64,000 nt of DNA from Tubiluchus corallicola. Its lineage: Eukaryota; Animalia; Priapulida. The notes under the pieces are model-generated. The model searched no databases. It saw only the letters and a program-made list of their open reading frames with translations, and was not told the DNA's origin. This document shows, in pieces, positions 53,950 to 64,000 of the stretch; the stretch's first letter is position 1; every line of letters starts with the position of its first letter. The position numbers and the translations under genes were made by a program. The stretch lies in the NCBI GenBank assembly GCA_030141605.1, contig JAQGDQ010000072.1, positions 496,001 through 560,000 of the forward strand, in the 5' to 3' direction.

Positions 53950-56320
53950 GCAAAAAATTACGGAAAAATCGATGTAATACAAAGCAATGGAGGAGCAACC
54001 TATTTTAAAGTATTCCTTGTGAATTTAGTGTGCAACTCTTAAAATTATTGGAAAGGGGTGTTTTAGAATGCTGAATACAGCATGAACTTAGTTATTCTGT
54101 GCAGATGGTTCTATTTGACGAGACGGGCGATTTATAGAGTTTTCTGGGGATCTAAAATGGGGCACATCGTCACAATTATTAAGCTAAAACCCTAAATTAT
54201 TGCAGGAGCATGGTTTTTGCTACGCTGAGTGCAAATCTATTTTTGGTTTTAATAAACGAAAAGGCCTAATTAAGACGTTCTTAATAGTTCTGAATACGAA
54301 TTCGACATTTGAATTTTAGAGGAAATAATGCCAGACAGTCATTTTGTATTTATGCCTCCAATATTTATGGCAAATGCTTCCCCTTGTTAATTATCAATAT
54401 AAAACATTTACTACATAAAATAAAATACGCATATATATTATAAATAGATAAACAATAAAATTGCAACAGAAGTTTTTATTAATTTGTATTTGCATAAACC
54501 ACAGTAATTAATAGTACGCTGTTACAGTTAGGCATCTTTTCTACTTTGCAAATTGTTAAGTATGGTTTCTTTTGTCTCTCGTGGGATCTTTGTGCTAAAG
54601 TTTTTTATTGAAAGTTACGGACTGTGATACCCTCAGTCCAAAAAATTGCATATACAATTTTAGGGTATTCCTTTTGACATTTAATGCATAAATGTGAAAA
54701 TTACTGGAATGGAGTGTTTTAGAATGCCGAATACAAACAAACTTTTTCTGTAAAGATGGATCTATTTACCCAGATAGGCCAGTTAAGCTTTAATCCTAAA
54801 TATTGAAGAAAGGGTTTTTTGTCATGCTGAATGCAAGTCTACTTTTGGTTTTGCTGAACAAAAGAACTTACTTACCCGCATACGTGATTTCAGGGTTTTT
54901 CAAGGATCCATAGATCTCACATGTCATGACAGTGCAAATTGGTAGTAAAACATTTTTAAGCGCTGAATACAAATCTAATATTGTTATTTTTGAGGAAAAA
55001 ATTGCCTAAACAAATTTGCAGACCAGTCTACAGGTCAAGGTCCTAAAATCCAACTTCACTTACCAGTTGAAGTCAAATTAGCAATTTTTATCTCTGGGTA
55101 CTTATGATAGCTTTTTGATATCTGTCTGTTTGTCATGGTTCACGATTGCATGCTGTTGGTTACGTTATCTACGTATAGAGCGTCCCAATAAAATTAAAAT
55201 AAGATGATGATATGTGACGTTGGAATGCTAACCATCTGTCTGTCTATTGAAAAAGGGAAATAATTAGTAGGATTATTCTGTTATTATGTTTAAATTTTGT
55301 AGTTTAGGAAGTCAAAGTGCACATATTGACAAAGTCATCTTCATTGCTTCTTTTAGTAGTAAGATAGACAAACAATCACCGAGTCTGAACAAAAAGGCTA
55401 GAATTCTAAGACTGAGATACCCAACACAACCAATCAGTTTTTATGTAATACAGCTTATTACAATATATAATATGATTCAGTTGACCTACTTAATTTTTAA
55501 AATGCTGCTGATTTTTAGTAAGTTGTTTGGAAAAAATGATACCCACTTTTTCGGACTATAGAACAAAGCGAACCCACTTCAACAAACAAGAAAAATATCG
55601 ATTTTGGGACTGAAATGAAATAAATATTCATTTTGTGAAGTTGGCTTGTATTGCCACAAGCTGGCTGCAGGGGTGTTTATAAAACATTTTTAAATATCAG
55701 TGTCGGGTTAAAACCATTATCGACCAACTATGGCCATTCTTTCAGTAAAACCAATAGTAGATTTGTATTCAGCCTTACAAAAACCTCCTGCATAGCTTAT
55801 GGTTTTGTGCTTAATATTACAATGTGATCCATTTTGGGTCACCAGACAATCCCATAAAATTACTCGTCTGAGCAAATAGATCCATCTGCACAAAAAACTC
55901 CGCACACACACACACACTGTATCTGTATTCAGCATTACGAAATATCCCATTCGGGTTATTTTCAGATTTCTGCAGTTAATATTATAGCATGCCCTACTTT
56001 CAAGGAACCGAAAAAAACTAAAACGGGTTGTCCGGTAACAGAATCCGTTTGTACAAAAAAAACTAATACCAGATATGCAGTCAACGCCGTAAAATAGCCA
56101 TTTTCTCTTAATTTTCAGGTTTATATAGTCAACAGTGCGGCATATCCCTGACCCGGAATTCCCTAAAACTTTTGTTTTCATTAGAAAAAATGGCACTACT
56201 TTTTTCACACTCCACAGGAAAATGAATCCATTTAAACAAAAAAATCAACTTTAGCATGAAAATCTCATGGGATGACATAAGGGCCCAAACTTTGGCTTTG
56301 AAAACTACAGCTATGTAAAC
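53950..56320. mobile_element. Degenerate foldback-like DNA element with direct and inverted subterminal repeats; boundaries approximate
   Basis: gctga(a/g)t(a/g)caa(a/g)tcta..tt(g)gttt(t)-type motifs at ~54225, ~54826 and ~54962 on +, and inverted at ~55746-55773. A gtgttttagaatgc.gaatac block at ~54058 and ~54715 is inverted at ~55925-55950. Confidence 0.5.
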
Positions 56321-56765
56321 AATGCTTAGTAACTAAGCGAACAAGGTATACAATGCATGTAATATATGATGCAATGAATGATAATAAATATAACAATTAC
56401 GTACTACATTTATTCAGAATTAGATGAATAAATTCAGGAAAAATGTAAGAATGTTAATTGATAGCTGCACCTTTATCTGACAAAATTTTGTGACATGAGA
56501 TCAACACAATCTAAGTAAATAACAAATTGAGCCACCTTCTTATCGAAATGCCATTCTTTCCTGAGATTATAAAGAACATAAATAAAAACAATACAAATAT
56601 TCTAATCACCGTCAGACTGAATCATCGTAACAAACCATCAAACCGTTCACATTTACTCACAAGAAGTGACTTATAAGATAATTTAACTTGACAGATTAGA
56701 ATATTGCGATCATTTTTATTCACGATTATGTTTCCCATATGATAATGTTCAATAGTAAAATGTCA

Positions 56766-57075
56766 CAATTTCGGCACTTTTAGCTCTATCGCAACTAAAG
56801 ATGAGAAAAAAATCCTCCACGTGATTAATGCTAGGTAATCCAAGGACAGTTTATTTACTAAAGGCAACAGTATGTACATAAACTTCCTTGGTAACAAAAG
56901 ATGAAGAGGCTACAAAATTTAAGCAATTTGGACACTTTTAGCTCTATTGCAGCTAAAATTGAGAAAAAGATCCTCCAAGTTACAAAGTTACTATAGCTGC
57001 TTATTAATTACTAGTACTAAAGGCAACTATACATTGATAAACTTCCTTAGTAACAAAAGATCAAGTAGTTACAAC
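56766..57075. repeat. Diverged tandem dimer, ~160-bp unit
   Basis: cacttttagctctat.gca.ctaaa..tgagaaaaa.atcctcca ... tactaaaggcaac ... aaacttcctt.gtaacaaaagat occurs twice. Confidence 0.85.
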
Positions 57076-57670
57076 ATTTAATTATTTACCACAGGCACAG
57101 CAAGCGAAACTAGCAGGAAAAAAATGAAAACAAACGTGTATGTTTTTCCTAACATCAGAAACAATGTCATTATGTTATTAAAATTTTTTTCTGAGGATTG
57201 AAAAAATAAAAAACCAATTTTTTGTCGTCATAAAACTATATGCTATTAGGGGCACTGCTGCTGTGCAGTGTGCAGTTGCTTGCAAGGTCTGCAAGATGCT
57301 GTCACTAAGCAGCAGGTTTGTCTTTGTCTTTTCACAGCAAGCTTCACATTTTAAACAGCACCACCTACTAGAAACATCCAATAACGGGAAGCACTAATAT
57401 ACACATAAAGTTATGTATAACGTGCTTACAACATACTATAAGATAGATTCTATACATGACTAGCTAAAACATAAATTAATTTCCAATAATGTAATAAAAT
57501 TTCATGTACTACACAGCAAACATTGAATGTTCAAGTACACATGAAGTTACTAGCAAGTTTTCATAAATGTCAAGAATACAGTTTCAATTAATGATAACAA
57601 GGGAATAATCTTAATGACAAGGATGGAACAGATACAATAAATTAAAAACCCCATAATGAAGAAAAAGAAA

Positions 57671-57981
57671 CAGCATGACAATTTAATGGGAACTATTGGT
57701 AGGGACTGAAAAACATCCAGCATGACAATTTAATGGGAACCATTGGTGGGGACTGAAACATCCAGCATGACAATTTAATGGGAACCATTGGTGCGGACTG
57801 AAACATCCAGCATGACAATTTAATGGGAACCATTGGTGGGGACTGAAACATCCAGCATGACAATTTAATGGGAACCATTGGCAGGGACTGAAACATCCAG
57901 CATGACAATCCAGTAGGAACTAATGGTGGGGACTGAAACATCCAGCATGACATTTCAGTAGGAAACAATGGTGGAAACTGA
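57671..57981. repeat. 45-bp tandem minisatellite, ~7 copies
   Basis: Unit cagcatgacaatttaatgggaaccattggtggggactgaaacatc starts at 57671, 57718, 57763, 57808, 57853, 57898 and 57943. Confidence 0.97.
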
Positions 57982-59663
57982 CACAGGGTTTCTTTTATAC
58001 TGTGGGAGCTTTTCATTAAATAACTATGTCACATTTGCTAAAACTACAAGTGGTGGGTATCCCACTAATTAAGTATAACAAATGTAGTTACAAGAAAATT
58101 ATTAAGTCAATGATAAGTGTTCTGTTAAAACTTAGCTGCTCAGTGGCAAAGTCCTTTTTGTTCTCTTAGGAGTTGCCTTAGAATTCTATTACTATTTTAC
58201 TTACTCCTCATGCAACTTTTTTGCAAACAGAACAAAAATGCTTAGTACTTGGGTATGTGATGAGGATTATTATTAATGCGTATGTTTGAGAATTCTAGCC
58301 AATTTAAACAAAGCATGATGTTGCTGAAGTCTGTGAACAAATAAACATTGTCAGAGCATGTCAACTGAGCTGTAAACGGAATCCCAAAGATCATCACTAT
58401 TATTTACTTGATTTAACAAGAGTGTTACATGAACAACAAAGCAAACAGGGTTAAATCAGCCAATATAACAAACACTCATTCTGTTAGGCAAATTACAGAG
58501 ATTGCTGTTGTCTATCTAACAAAGTTATTAACTTACACAGTCACAGTAACTTATTGTTACTAAGCTAATGGTTAAGAACTGTCACAAGACGCAGCAACAC
58601 CTGCCACACTTTTAATCGTATGTGGCAACTCTACATACAAGAGATATAGGTAGTTGAAAAAAGCCTACTAAGAACAATATAATAAACCCTCATTATAACA
58701 AACTTCAGATATAACAGATTATTTCTAGTTGTCTGATACTCTCATTACACTGGACAATTAACGTCCTTTATAATGATGTCAATTAACTGTTTGAAACGAA
58801 ACCTCTGGTTGGTTTGTGATCTGCTGCTTGCTTACCTGGCATGATCTAATGTAAAATACACAGTCAAGAAACCAGAAGTTAATTACTCCTTATCAGCCTA
58901 GTCATGTAAGTAAACTGATGTGTGAAAACTGCTATTACAACTAGTTGCAAGCTAACAAAGAACTTTCTAAATTGTTGGTTCTTTTGCACTTTAACAAATA
59001 TAAAGGCCATCCAGCAAACTTAACAAAGTCAGACTGTGATAATTCACCTTTGGTATATTCTGCTATGTAATTGATTTAACATGTGTTAACAGAAACTGGG
59101 TCTGTAAAGCTATTTGTGCAAGAGTTCCTTCCACAGCAGCACCCTCCTTATCATTAAATCGGCAAATTCAAAAGCAACTATCTATTAGTTTAGTTCTTCA
59201 ATTCCCGGGTTAAATAGATAAAATTCTGCACACACTAGTCAGTCATACAGCAGTAGTAGGTAAAAATACACGATGGATAAGTTTATAGAATACTGTCCTG
59301 ATCACTTGAACTCGCTACAGAGGAACTTCACTGAGCATTTACACTAATCAAACAGTTAATAAGTGACTGAACAAAACATCCCTATTTACTGGTATTATTT
59401 TTCTAAATAAGATCAGCTTTATATAAGGGGGAGGGGGCATGTGCCTTGGATATAACAGACCAATGGTTATAATGGACAACCTTTCCCCCAATTAGTCTGT
59501 TATTATGACGGTTTACTATATTCAGCATAAACATGATGACAAAGAAAACTGAAAATGACACATACACAGTGCTTGCTGGAGCACTCTTGTGAGAATTAAC
59601 ATAAGTTTTACCTAATTTGCATTAGAATTCTTGCCGTGCTAATTGTTAAGCTCTAGTCAAATT

Positions 59664-64000
<4,337 letters not shown>

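Noticed and set aside
55717-56208. 163-aa minus-strand ORF
   Set aside because: Lies within repeat-derived sequence including a (CA)n run; no splice context or homology cues.

Overview
AT-rich, intron-rich invertebrate-type eukaryotic genomic window with one 100-N scaffold gap (5954-6053). Four host genes can be rebuilt from GT-AG splice sites with consistent phases: TRAF6 (+, 9 coding exons, 4688-25767), PAAF1 (-, 10 coding exons, 41944-27070), NACA (+, 7 coding exons, 44225-52028) and the 3' part of a uridine phosphorylase (-, 6 exons, running off the window end). Introns hold many mobile elements: an apparently intact young BEL/Pao LTR retrotransposon with an N-terminal SAP-like motif, an internally deleted Gmr1-type Gypsy, a decayed piggyBac, a non-autonomous Harbinger, and Ginger-, Kolobok- and Tigger-like MITEs. 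LINE remnants lie at the window start and between PAAF1 and NACA. Two paralogous box C/D snoRNAs with compensated non-canonical boxes lie in NACA introns. The most unusual structure is a 91-bp tandem array at a PAAF1 donor site, in which every unit reads as a complete 78-nt mini-intron plus a 13-nt stop-containing micro-exon. Everything was read by eye; no database searches were run.
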